A stretch of DNA of 63,835 nucleotides, filler included, from Reclinomonas americana ATCC 50394 (Eukaryota): NCBI GenBank assembly GCA_048213135.1. It is 8 parts of 3 records of this genome, joined end to end, with 100 filler letters (N's around TTAATTAATTAA, not from the genome) between each part and the next. Parts side by side here need not be neighbours in the genome. Positions count along the whole stretch, not along the records: positions 1 to 17,270 come from PS015179.1; 7 more parts are not named here. One strand, 5' to 3'. Position 1 is the first letter of the stretch; every line of letters starts with the position of its first letter. Position numbers and translations under genes: made by a program. The notes beneath the pieces were generated by a model. That model made no database searches and was not told the DNA's origin. It was given only the letters and a program-made list of their open reading frames with translations. Of the stretch, positions 1 through 13,200 are shown piece after piece.

Positions 1-1142
1 CCCAACATCGAAGACCGCGGATGGCCTGCGACTGAGGTCAGCTCAGGGGGACAAGAGCGGTAGAACACACAAGAACGCACCACCGAGAGTGCTGAAAGGC
101 TGGTGCAATGCATGACTGTTCTTCCCGGAGCCAGCTGAGTAAATCAGCGTGTGACAACTGTGGAATGAGGAGGGGGATGAGGTGAAGTCGACCGCCAACA
201 TATCCAGTGACCTGCGTGCCCTTCCTCCGCGCAACTCTGTGAATGCAGAGTTGTATTCAAAGGTCAGTCATGCAATATGGTGATATGAGTTTGTCTGTGA
301 GAGTGACACACGCACTATGATGCTGCACCACATCATCCACATTGACGATGGCCGTGGACATCACCTTCCTCCACACCGAGGAGTCTGGATGCACACGAGG
401 TGTGTGTGAGAGAGGCAAGCAAGATCACTTCTCATTGCAACTCTGGCACTCACCATCACACGGCCGCAACGCAACGTGGATTGCGTCTGGCATTCGCTCG
501 CACTTGCGATAGCTACCCATCCCAGTCAGCAGTCCCTTGTGCGTGTGCTTATCAGCCGGAGAAACAACTGAAGATGCGTGCATCGTACGCAGAAGCATCG
601 TCGATGGAGATGACTGCATCGGAGCGACCTCGGGTGGGGTGGGCGCACCTCGTGGTTTACAGAGGGTGCCCTGAGTGATGAGGCCGGGTGTGAGAGAGAG
701 CGCGTTCACGAATCGTCATCATCGTGCAACATTCTCACCATCAGTCTTCCGACTCCGCCCAGCACTCGACCTCGCCAAGCGCGCAGCGACAACATCGTGC
801 GTGTGTACGGTGGTGGCACAGACACGCGGCGTTCACTGCTGACGGACAACAACGAAACAGAGACGGAGGGCGGGGCTGTTGTCCGCTGGCGAACTGATGA
901 TGTCCAACGTCTCCAACACATCCTCTTCTCACTTCGTGCTGTTGAGAATTTACGTGCACGGTCAGCCAGCTGTGGCTCATGTGCCTCCACCGGTGACTGA
1001 ATGACTTTGAACTTCAAGTCAAGCACCTTTCCTTCTTTGCAATTATCTTCCCCTTTACTCCCCCCCTCCCAACCTCCCCGCCACCCTCCCCGGAATCGTC
1101 ACACACAACGACCCACGATGCCTGGCCACCGCCGCCCTCCGA

Positions 1143-2016
1143 TCATGCCACATGTGCACATCTTTGCAGTCGCTGCGCGCCGCCATCCATCCCACATGCC
1201 ATCGGCACAGTCGCGACGCGACGGACACCCCAGATGATCGGGTCGACATACGCGCTCCATGCGCAGCTCGTCCACCGTCTGCGTCGGCCGGTTGAGCGCC
1301 ACCAGCGCCTCGGCCGCCAGCTGCACAAACGTGCGCAGTTCGTACAGGGTGGCGAACGGTGCCTCGAAGAACAGCAGCGTGATGGCCCGCCCGAGATCGC
1401 GACGACCGGCCAGCACCGCCACATTCCACTCGGCCACCTGCTCCGCATCGCCCACCAGCAAGTCTGCGGGCGACGGCAGCACGCCCTGCTCGATGCCGCG
1501 ACGATACCACTGTCGTGCTTCGCTCTCGTCATCGCCGGCCGCGCAGATCAGGTGGCGATACGTGGTGGCGTCCAACGCCACTCCGTCGCTCTGCATCTGC
1601 GCCAGCACGCTGTCCATGTGCGCGCGTCGTTCCGCCGGCATCACATCGCACCACAAATGGAGCGACAGAAGAGCGTTGTACAGCAGCGGACCGCTCGTGT
1701 CGCGCCATCGCGGTTGCTGCCGAAAGAGTTCGGTGGCACGCTGAAATGTCTGCCGATGCGCGCGCATATATGCTGTGAGCAGCCACTACCATGCGGTGAA
1801 CAGCCAACAAAAGAATGAAATACGTACCGCCACACCGCGCTGCACGTCGCCGACTCGCTGGCACGCCGCCATCAACGTGGCAAAGTGCTGTTCGACTGGC
1901 CGCTGAATCTGACTGACGGCCCAGAATGCTCGGTCGACGTCGCCGATACTGCCGCAGGCCCAGGCGTACGCATTCAACAGCTTGGAGGTGTGGAAGCTAA
2001 TTTTTTTGGAAGACGG
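1143..2016 (-). CDS. Pentatricopeptide-repeat (PPR)-like protein, multi-exon, 5' end lost in gap
   Basis: PPR-like helical repeats (LLNAYAWACGSIGDVDRAF, HFATLMAACQRVGDVQRG, LYNALLSL..MQSDGVALDATTYRHLI). GT-AG introns join the ORF pieces; the last exon RLQRCAHVA* ends at 1143. Confidence 0.65.
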
Positions 2017-2036
2017 NNNNNNNNNNNNNNNNNNNN

Positions 2037-2625
2037 TTGGCGTATGACTTGTCTTTTCCATTCTGCCTCGGGCTCCATTTTTCTTCTAAGTCACTTTTTC
2101 CTTTCTCGCTCTTTTGTCTCTCTTCCTCTTCTCTCCTCACTCTTCCCGTGTTCTCTCTCTTTCGCCTGCTTCCTTCGTGCGACACGTGTTGGCGTATGCG
2201 ACTTGTCTTCTCAATTCTGCCTCGGGCTCCACCAAATTCCGTTTGTCTCCCAGCTTCTTAAACACCTCTTCGTTCTCAGTTTCTCGCTTTCCCTCGCACT
2301 CTCCCTGTCTCTCTCACCCCCATTCTCTGCGCGACACGTGTTGGCGTAAGTGACTTGTCTTTTCCTTCTACCTCGGGGCTTTACCAAATTCCCTGCTTTC
2401 AAACGCTACTCTCGCTCTCTCTCCCTCTCCTCCCCCTATCTCTCTCTCTCTCCCTTTCTCTGCGCGACGCGTGTTACTTGTCTTTCCATTGTGCCTCTGT
2501 TTCTCTCCGACTAAAAATCATCTCCCTTTCTTGCTCTCTTGTTTTCCGTCTCATTTGCACGAAACGTGTTGGCTTATCTCTTCTCCCTTCACTTTCGTGC
2601 TTTTGTGCGACGCGTTGGCTGATCA
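2037..2625. repeat. Degenerate ~152-nt tandem repeat upstream of the first visible Sec24 exon
   Basis: TTGGCGTA..GACTTGTCTT..CCTCGGG recurs at 2037, 2189 and 2341, with decayed copies near 2461-2620. Confidence 0.7.
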
Positions 2626-2647
2626 TTTGCGGTTGTTTTTTTTGTAG

Positions 2648-5600
2648 GGTGCGCCACCGACGTCGATGCCGGACGATGTGCCGATGTTGCCGCCGCAGGA
2701 GGAGTCGCTTAACGTTGCGTGAATGTTCTCGTCTCATGTGCGCGGAGTAAGCGATTAAGTTTCACTTCTTCACCCCCTGTCACGCGTGTTGTCTTTTCTC
2801 ACTCTCTTGCCCTTCGTCCCTGGTCGCTAATTACACCCCTTCTCCTCCACCCGCGCAGTCACAGACAAGTGGCCAGTCGGGCACATCCCGCGTCGACCCG
2901 CGCAGTTTGCCGACTCATGTCCCCGGAAACTTTTTGCGCGGCCAGAAGGTCGAGGTACGTACCTCGTAGTCATCTCATCTCTTTCCTCCCTCTTCCTTGC
3001 TCATTCCTTTCCTCTGCAGGTCCATCGCACTCTGTCGCAATTGGTACCACCGCCCATGTTTAGCAAGTACGTGACGTATGACGAAGGCAATGCGTCGTCG
3101 CGTTACATGCGCCTGTCCATGTACTGCATCCCGAACACGCGCCGTGAATTGACGGCCACTGGCTTGCCCATGGGAGCCATTGTGACTCCCTTTGCAGTCC
3201 CCGTACCTGGCGAGGTTTGCCCTCTTCACTTACCTCTTCCCCTTCTCCACCTTCTCACCTCTCTTTCTCCTCTCACCCAGGACGGCGTCGGCGAATCCAA
3301 GAGTTTTGCGGGCGAGGTCGACGGCGAGATCACCAAGTGCCGCTGCCGTCGCTGTGGCACCTACGTGAACTCGGGCACGCGGTGGCGCGAGAACGGCTGG
3401 AAGTTCGTCTGCAACATTTGCTCGTGCATCAACGACGTGGACGGCACGTACTACAGCACGCTGGACGGTGACAGCAACCGCACCGATCGTTTCCAGCGTG
3501 TGGAACTCGCCGCCGGTAGCGTCGACTTCCGCATGGCGCCCGAGTACTACATGCCACTCCCCAAGCCGTTGCTGGCCAGCTCCGAGGTTTGTTGCCGTGC
3601 GCGCACACCCGCAGGCACGTCTTTTCCCCCAACAACTCATTCACTTGCATCCACGCACAGTACACGACGGAGAAGATCGATCAGACGCTTGTTGCGGCGC
3701 TCAACAAGAAGCTGTCTATCGATGCCGGTCAGGGCTCGGACCAAATGTCTCGCCGCCAGAGTGCTGCATTTGTTGCGTCGCACATTCTGTCTGTCTATAT
3801 CTCTCCCTCTGTGTGTGTATGTCTTCCTCTCCTTCTCTGTCTGTGTGCATTTGCATGTCCGTGTGTGCTTCCTCTCTACCCCCTCTCTTCCCCTCTCTTC
3901 CCCTCTCTTCCCCTCCCTCCCTCCCTCCCACTCACCCTCCCTTCCCCCGTTCCCTTCGCCCTTTTCCCTTCCCCTCTTTCCCCCTTCTCCCCCTTCCCTT
4001 CCCCTTCCCCCTTCCCCCTTCTCCCCTTTTCCCTTCTCCCCTTCCCCCTTCTCACCCTTCCCCCCTCTCACCCTTCTCCTTTTGCCTTCTCCCAGATTTC
4101 CGGCATTGACGCCCCGCCCGGACTGTACTCGAACCAGCCGCTCTTTGGCCCGGAGACCGACCCGTCGGTCCTCGACGACCTCACCATCAAGTCCCCGACG
4201 GCACCGTCGACACCAGCCGCCGGCCGTGTCGGTCGTCTGGGATCACCGGCGAGTCCGTCGAACCCCACCCTGGGCTCGCCCAGCTCGCTGGCGTCGACGC
4301 CCTCGGGTGTCGGCGCCTCGGCATCGTTTGATCTCGGTCCGCACCCGAACCTCAAGGCCGCCACTCCCATGGCCCACGTGTTTGTCGTGCAGCGCGGCCT
4401 GCTGGTCCGTGCCGTGGCCGACTCGATTCTCGAGAACCTCGACGCGCTGATTGCTCGTCGCGCACGTGTGGCTCTGGTCGTGTTCGACTCGCAGTTGCAC
4501 TTTTACAGTGTCACGGTGAGTGGAATGCATGGGACTAGAAAATAATGAGAGAGAGCAAAGCCACTCACATTGCCTCGTCGTCGTCGCGCAGAGGACGGGA
4601 CGCATCAAGGAGCTGACGGTCAGCAACCCGCACGACGTCTTTGTGCCGATTGAGGATGGTGGCATGTTCCGACTCGGAAGCGACGACACCGACACCCCAC
4701 TCTCGCCGCAGGCGCGTGTGCGCGGTGGCCCGGTGTATCGCAACGAGACTGCTCTGCGCGCGCTGCTGACGAACCCGAACTCGCCGATTTTCGCTCCGCC
4801 CGAGGTGCACCAGTCGGCCGCCGATTCGTCGGCCAGCTCGTCGCGTGGGTGTGTCGGCGCGGCCATGTTGGCGGCCACACAAATGCTGGTGCGTGTGTGC
4901 CATTCTCTCCTTTGTTGTGCTGCGTGACTTTGTTGCTCACTTTTTACATGTCGCGCAGAGTCTGTGCGACAGCTGTGGCGGCCGCATGTACGTGTTTGCC
5001 AACACACCAAACCACCACGCGGTCGGCGCTGGCATGACGGCTGGTCCTCGCTCGACGGCCGGTGTGCTGGGTGACATCAAGAAGGAACACAAGCTGTTGG
5101 TGCCGGACATGCTGAAGAATGACTTCTTTGCGCATCTCGGCCGTGACATGGCCAACTACGGCGTGTGCTGCGATCTGTTTATGGTCGGCCACGAGTACTC
5201 GGACATTGTCACGATTGCCACGCTGCCGCGCATGACGGGCGGCAAGCTGTTCCTCTACTCGGGACTCGGACCGTCGGACTACAGCCAGTTGGTCTCGCAG
5301 TTGTCGACGCACCTGCAGATGCCCAAGTACCGCGACTGCATTTTCAAGCTTCGGTGTTCAACTGGTGAGAGCGCCTCGTGCCGGCGGTGGCGGGTGTGTG
5401 TTGTCGATGTACGTGACTGACCGCGCATGCACGCAGGATTGTGCATCGAGGAAGTGTACATGCCTCGCACCAACATTACCCGATTCGTCAACATGACGGA
5501 GCGTGGTCATCGGGAGTTCTACTTGGCGGGTATGGACCAGGACAGCACCATTACGTTTACGTTCCAGCACGACGACCCCATCCCGGCCGGTGCCAAGTGC

Positions 5601-6979
5601 TGCCTGCAGTTTGCTGTCTTGTTGCGTGACCGCGCGAATCGTCTTTCTCTTTTATCTTCGTACGCTGACTGTGTGACATGTCACAGGTACACGGATGAGT
5701 GTGGAGTGCGGAAACTGCGCTCACACACCGCCACGGTGGTGTCGTCAACATCCATCTCGGCTCTGTACGAGCACTCGGATCTGGCTGCGGTGCTTGGAGT
5801 GTGGAGCATGAAAGGTACACATGCTTACATTCGATTCTCTTCGTCCCGTCTGTTGCTGATCCATAACTATTATGTACAGCTCTGCGCGTCTTGCCCGAGG
5901 AGGGCAAGCAGGCGGCGGCCACGCAGGTGATGGACTCGATGACCACGATGCTGACGGCGTACAAGAAGTTGAGTATTTTTCTCCTCCTTGATTTCTGTGT
6001 GTTTTCGATTCGCCACTCATCGCCCTCCGCAGTGAATGTGGTGGCGAGTCTGCTGTCGGCAAGCTGATCCTGCCGGAGAAGCTCAAGACGTTGCCGCTCT
6101 TCAGTTGCGTCTTTTTCGCGGCGCTTACTTGCTCACATCTTATTGTCGGCAACTGACCCTGTGCCGTGCAGTCATGGCGTTGTTGAAGAGCCCGGTGTTC
6201 CACTGGCCGAATCGGTGTCCACTGGATCGGTCATTGGCGTTCTACTTGGCGTTGGAGAATGCATCGCCCGCCAAGTTGTGGCGCATGCTGTACCCACGCC
6301 TGATGCTGGCCGAGCCAGCCAATTTGATGGTTGGTTATTTTTCTTCTCCCACCTTCGTTCTTCGTCACTCATCTCGATCTTCCCTCTTCACAGTGGGGTG
6401 AACCGGCCGTTGACCACGGCCTGTCTACACATCCGGACGACATTATCATGCCTCCCGACGTGCCACTCAACTCATCGTTTATTCGGACGAGTTCCGTGTA
6501 CATTCTCGACAATGTGGATTTGTGGGGTCAAATTGTTGTGTGGATTGGCGACACCACGCCGCTGGAGACACGGTACGAGCTGTTTGGGTGCGATCCAGTG
6601 GATCAAGCCGACGACCGATTCCGTGACGCTGTGGCTGTGGTGCGTTGCTGTTTGGGGAAGTGTGAGGAAAACCATGAGCTCACTCTTTGCGTGCAGGGTG
6701 AGCTGCCTGACGTGGATTCCGATTACTCGAGAAGAGTACGCAAGATTGTGTACCAGTTGCGCGCCGCACACTCGGGCTTCTTCCCGGTGCGCGTGTTGTG
6801 GCGAACACACGACTTCGCGTCGCGTTTCTTGACGCGGCTCGTCGAGGACAACGTGTGCGGAATCGGCTCATACGGCGACATTCTCGTCCACGTTTACGAC
6901 AGTGTGCACAAGAAGGTTTGCGTTAAGGTCGTCGCGTCACGATTCGCAAACACTCGTAACTCACCATCGCACACAGTAA
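2648..6979 (+). CDS. SEC24: COPII cargo adaptor Sec24 (Sec24C/D-like), 15 introns in the visible part, N-terminus incomplete
   Basis: RVDPRSLP and DEGNASSRYMRLS motifs, zinc finger (RCRRCGTYVN..FVCNICSCIN), trunk (GGRMYVF, CCDLF, TGGKLFLY), beta-sandwich (LRCSTG, LQFAVLYTDECGVRKLR), helical region (KLILPEKLKTLPLF) and gelsolin-like end (SYGDILVHVYDSVHKK). The stop TAA at 6977-6979 directly follows the last intron. Confidence 0.93.
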
Positions 6980-7222
6980 TGACCACGGCGCCACTTTTTT
7001 TGCCACTACACCACCCCCCAAGAGAAAAAGAATGAGGCATGCATGTCGTGCCTCGCAGCCAGCCCCCAAGTTGTCCATGTGCATGTTTTGAAGAGAAATA
7101 GTGAAACAAGAAACGATGAAAAATGGGGAAAGGGAGAAGGAAAAGTGCAAAGTCGTACGTATAAGTGAAGTCTGTGCAACTTCACAGGACGCATTTCCCG
7201 CGCACTCACTCATCCGCCTTAA

Positions 7223-10200
7223 ATGACCAGTCGCGGAGGCCGCCGCGCCTCCACGCCCCAAGCCACAGAGGCACACACGCCTCCTCCGCCTGCGCCTCTG
7301 GTGCAACCAGGCGGAGAAGGCGGCGGCGCCAGTCCGGTCCTCACGCGACACATGTCCGAGTCACTCGTGCGCGCACGCACAGCCTCCTCGCCCACTTCCG
7401 CAGGCGCCACTCTGGTGCTCGTCGGGCAAGACGACTTGAAGATCGTTGTTGCGTCTCTCTCTCACACTCACTCGCTCTCTCACTCAGCGATTGATCGCTT
7501 CTTTTCCCGCCAAAACAGCGCATTGAGAACTTGAGCGCGGCTGCGACGCCTCTGATCTCGCTCAATCTCTCACACAACTTGATATCGCGCGCGGATGGTC
7601 TCTCCGCTGTGGCTGCATCGTTGACTGAGCTCAACTTGTCGGATAATCGTCTGGAGCGCCTCGATGGGATCGAGGTGTTGTCGCGATTGGAGGTGCTGGA
7701 CGTGTCGTGGAATCGCCTGGAACGCCTGCCGAAGCGCTTCCCGTGGGAGCGATTGAGTGTGTTGAGGCGGGTGGACTTGTCGGGCAATCTGTTGGGCGTT
7801 GTGCGCGATGTGACGCGCCTGCGAGCGTTGCCGCAGTTGTCGGAGCTGTCGCTGCGCGACAACCCGCTCGAGTCGTTGCCGCATTGGCGCGCGTTGACAG
7901 TGTTCGCGTTGCGGTCGCTGGCGGTGCTGGATGGCGATGCGGTCACCATGGAGGAGCGTCGGCGAGCCGATGAGCATTGGGATCAGTGTTGCGTGCCGAC
8001 GAGGGAGAGTGAGTTGGGCCAGGGGATGAAAGCTTACTGTGGTGCATCGTGTAGCCGAGTTGGAGGCCATGCGTCGTGTGGCTGCCGATCGAAAGAAGGA
8101 GGCGGAGAGGTATCGCATCGAGGCGGAAGAGCAGCGAGCGCGTGCAGAGATCGCGGAGAAGCGCGTCGATGCAGTCAAGGACGAGTGTGCGCGACTGCAA
8201 ACACGCAACACGGAATTGGTGGAGGAGCTCGACATCAAGTCTAAAATGGTGCGTGCCTTGCACCCCTTTGTCACCGGTCGACACATGCGTGGCTCACGCG
8301 CGTGTCTGCACAGCTTCAGCGCAAGGCCGTGGAACTGAATCGCGCCCTGCAGCAACTCTCGCTGCTGCAACAGGAACTAGACGAGGCGCGCATCGATCGT
8401 CAGTTCAGCGAGGCACCGTCGTTCACCACCACTACCGTGACGGGCTCGGAGAGAACCGCGACGCACACCACCGTGGTGCACGGATCGCCGACCGCCACTG
8501 GACCGCAGACCTCCGGCACGTTTGTTACGCCACCCACATCGACGCCAGACTTGCGCGCCAGCCGAGCGGAGACTCGGTGCGTGTGACACTCACTCTCTTC
8601 TCTGTCGCAAACGAGTATTCATCGGTGTGCAGGTTCCACGCACAAATGGTCGAGCGACTCGCAGAGTTGGAGACGCAGCTGCTCGAGGGCCGCCGGCAGG
8701 AGAGTGACATTGAGGAGCAACTGGGCAAGCTGGAGAATCGTCGCGGGACGACAGCAAGCGTGCTGGAACGCATGGCGGCATTCGATCAGTCAGTGATGGA
8801 TGTGACAGGCGACGACTTGGGCTTGAGTTCCGGAGGTGAGTGCATGTGCCGTGTCTCTTCGTGTGCGAAACGTGGCTCATGGCGAGTGCCGCAGAGAGCG
8901 GCAGTGACACGGGTCACCACGATGCAGCCGCCCTCCGTCGTAGTGCTGTGCTGACCGTGTCGGAGCCGTCGGCATCGAGCGATCTGCTGGAGAAGATTTC
9001 GCAACTCAATCAAGAGTGCCTGGTGATTGTCAGCGGTGCGTCGCCCTGCGCCCCTCGCCGCCACGCAATGCACTTAACTCGCATTCTTTCCCATTGCTTC
9101 TTGTGCAGACTCGCAAAACACGGTTCGTCTTTGCCTAAAGCACTTTTTTCTCACGTCGACTTTATAGTTCTCCGTGCCCTCATTCCACCACGCACAGGGC
9201 TCCTCATCGTCCTCTGGCTACGCCGTCTCGCAACGGTACCTGAGCATTCACCAGCAGCTGCAAGACTTCCTCATTGAGGCGTCCAAGTACCGCAACTTTG
9301 CCGAGGAGACGGTGTACAATCTCACTGTGGAACGCAACGTTGGATTGCGCACAATCCAAACTCTCACGGCAGAGAAGCAGGCACTCGATGCCGAGATCAG
9401 TGCTCTGCGATCGCGACTGAAGGCCCAGCGTCATCTCAACCAGCAGACAGAGGCGCTGCTGGACGAGGTGCACGCCGTCACAGTGTCATCGGTGCGAGAA
9501 TGCTTCCCCCCTTGTCTGTGTGTGCGTGCTTGTATGTGCTCTTCACTCAACACAGTGCGCGCTCGCCAGACGGCCTCGACCAAGATCGATGCGTCGGCGT
9601 ACAGCGGCTTTGCCGTGGACCTTCTCAGCACGCTGGCGTCACGGCATGTTATCACAGTCATGTCGGCAAGTGTGGCCTCGTCGCTGCGACAGCATCGCGA
9701 TGTGCACTCGCTGGTGGAGGCCACAGCCGACGCCGTCGAGTCGCTGCTGGACGATTACAAGGCGGAGGACGTCACAAAGGGTCTCGCGCTCGACGAGGCA
9801 CGCATGGACACGGTGCAAATCTGTGCGTTCTGCTTTCAAGTTTGTCACAGTTTGTGCGCGTCTCATGCCAATGCGATGCGCGCGCCTCACAGCTCAACTG
9901 CGCTCCCGTGTGAGCAAACTCGAAGAGGATCTTCTGATGGAACAAAAGAGTCGGCGCACGAGCGAGCAACAGGTGACGGCACTGAAAGCGATGCTGAGCG
10001 GCAAACAGCAGCTGGCAGTTGCGTGCACACGCAGCATTGTCGGCTGAATTGAGTGACTCATCGCCCATCACAGGGTGCCTCCTCGTTCATGGAGGGCGCC
10101 GAGTCTCCATTGTACACGCGGTATGTGATGGCGCTTTGCCTCATGGTGCGCATGAGTCATGTTGTGTGACTTGTGTGTTTGTGTGGCTGCAGTGGTCGGA

Positions 10201-13200
10201 CACCGTCACCCACGCTATCGTTGCGCTTTGTGAGGTGTCTGCGCAGTAGCTCGTTGCTGACGATGTGTGCAGAAGCCCTGCGGAGACGGCAATGCATGCG
10301 GAAATGGCGGAATCCCGACGAGCGCTCACCTCGGTGAAGCAGGAGCATGAGTGGTGCGTACGCGTACTATTCTGTGGTTGTTTCTTGGTCACCTGTGTTG
10401 AAATGGGTGCACAAAACAGGACGCTGCAGCAGCTGCATGAGGCACAGACGGAACTGAATCGCGTACACCGTGCCATTCACCAGTTGTGTGCTCGTGTGCT
10501 CCCTGATCTTCCAGAGTGGTAGCTGACTGGTGTATGTCGGAGCAGATCGTCGGCCGAATTGCACGATCTGGAAGCGACGCGCACCGAGGTGTCCGAGCAG
10601 TGTGATACGCTGGCCGGTTCGTGCTCTGCCTGGAAAGCACATCGAATGGCACGAATGTTACTGACCGTCCTTGGCAGATCGTGCAGCACAGTACGAGAAG
10701 AGCGCGTTGGATTTGAGTTTGCACGTCGGTTCGTGACGTAGCACACGTGTGCATTAATTGTTTTCCATTTTTCCCATGTTGATGGTGTGGCGCAGAGGAG
10801 TTGCGACGTGAAAAGGCCACGCTTGACACGGAGATTGCGAATGCGACGACCGAGATCAATGCCCTCGAATCACACCTCTCCCACGTGCGCGACGACCAGC
10901 GCCACTCTCACGATCACAATGATGATGGTGATGACGACGAGGAAGGCGATGATGATGAGCACGGTGGTGTGGGTGGCGGGCGGCGCCTTCCACCACCAAT
11001 GCAGGCGAGCTCTGGCGACGAGCGTGAGCCGGGTGGGGTGGCGGCGTACGCTGGCGAGCCTGGTGGCCTTGCGCAGTGGAAACTCGATCTGTGGAACGAG
11101 ATTGCATGCATGGAGGTAAATGTGGCGGTGGCACAACGTGTTGCCTAGCTTTCTCTCTTTGATTCCCATCGACTGCGACGCACAGGACGACCTGGATGGC
11201 GCCAACTTGCTGCTGTGCGAGACGTCGGATCTGACGAGCCGCGATGAACGGATTCGTGATCAGGAGTCGATTATTGCCGCGCTGCAAAGACAAGCACGTG
11301 ACGCAACCGATGCTGCCACGCGCCTGCAGCGCGATTTGGAGGACGCGCGAAGCAATGCCGGTCGACAGCAGACCGACCGCGACACGGCCAAGGCGTCGGC
11401 CGCGATCTTGACCGAGCTGGACGCAACGCGGCGCGAGGTGACGCGGCTGGAGAGCGTGCATCGCTCCGACGTGCAGACCATTGAGGCGTTGCGCACAGAG
11501 TGAGTCGTCGTGATGCCGTCAGCGACGCATTTGCACTCGTGTTTGACTCATGTGTGGTGGATGATGTAGGCGTGTGGAGGCAGAAACATTGCGCGCCGAG
11601 GTACGAAATGCTGCTGCGTCATCCGCTTGTCTCTTTTGCTGCTGACATCGCCACAGCTCAACAATTCGCAACGAGAGTTGCAGCAGGTGCACCAGGAATT
11701 GGAGTCTGTTCGGTTAGTCAACCACCACTGCAGCAGTGCTGCCTTCTTCCTGTCTCACACAGTCCTGACCATAGTGCACAACTGGCCAATGCGTCGGCCA
11801 CCACTGCACGCACGCCATCGCCACCGACTGCCGAAGTTGCGCGAAGTGATTGACATTCTTCTCTCTCTCACTCACTCACTGTCTCAACCACGGCTGGTGT
11901 GCGCCACAGCCCTCCGAGGCAGCTCGCGAGGCTCACTTCTTGCGTGCCGAGTTGCAAGCACGCGAGCAGGAGATTTCCGGACTCCGACAAGCCGTCGCTA
12001 CCAAGGATCGGGCGCTGTCAGATCGATGCGAACTCATTCGGCGACTGGAGGATCTGCGCGCTCACGATCTGCGTGAGCACATGGAGGCCGCACTCGAGGG
12101 TCGCAACCCGGAGATTTTGAGCATTGCGGCCGACTTGTATCGCCGAGAGGTGACGTCGACGTTGTATGAGGACTGGTGTAGTTTGATCTGACTGGTGTTG
12201 TGCAGGCGCTCCGGCTACACGAGCGACTGCGGGNNNNNNNNNNNNNNNNNNNNNNNNNNNNNNNNNNNNNNNNNNNNNNNNNNNNNNNNNNNNNNNNNNN
12301 NNNNNNNNNNNNNNNNNNNNNNNNNNNNNNNNNNNNNNNNNNNNNNNNNNNNNNNNNNNNNNNNNNNNNNNNNNNNNNNNNNNNNNNNNNNNNNNNNNNN
12401 NNNNNNNNNNNNNNNNNNNNNNNNNNNNNNNNNNNNNNNNNNNNNNNNNNNNNNNNNNNNNNNNNNNNNNNNNNNNNNNNNNNNNNNNNNNNNNNNNNNN
12501 NNNNNNNNNNNNNNNNNNNNNNNNNNNNNNNNNNNNNNNNNNNNNNNNNNNNNNNNNNNNNNNNNNNNNNNNNNNNNNNNNNNNNNNNNNNNNNNNNNNN
12601 NNNNNNNNNNNNNNNNNNNNNNNNNNNNNNNNNNNNNNNNNNNNNNNNNNNNNNNNNNNNNNNNNNNNNNNNNNNNNNNNNNNNNNNNNNNNNNNNNNNN
12701 NNNNNNNNNNNNNNNNNNNNNNNNNNNNNNNNNNNNNNNNNNNNNNNNNNNNNNNNNNNNNNNNNNNNNNNNNNNNNNNNNNNNNNNNNNNNNNNNNNNN
12801 NNNNNNNNNNNNNNNNNNNNNNNNNNNNNNNNNNNNNNNNNNNNNNNNNNNNNNNNNNNNNNNNNNNNNNNNNNNNNNNNNNNNNNNNNNNNNNNNNNNN
12901 NNNNNNNNNNNNNNNNNNNNNNNNNNNNNNNNNNNNNNNNNNNNNNNNNNNNNNNNNNNNNNNNNNNNNNNNNNNNNNNNNNNNNNNNNNNNNNNNNNNN
13001 NNNNNNNNNNNNNNNNNNNNNNNNNNNNNNNNNNNNNNNNNNNNNNNNNNNNNNNNNNNNNNNNNNNNNNNNNNNNNNNNNNNNNNNNNNNNNNNNNNNN
13101 NNNNNNNNNNNNNNNNNNNNNNNNNNNNNNNNNNNNNNNNNNNNNNNNNNNNNNNNNNNNNNNNNNNNNNNNNNNNNNNGTGGAAAAGGAGAAAACACCA

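Noticed and set aside
600-960. Kinase-like fragments (VVYRG, DNIVRVYG)
   Set aside because: Short motifs in broken frames with no HRD or DFG; may be a decayed kinase but cannot be supported.
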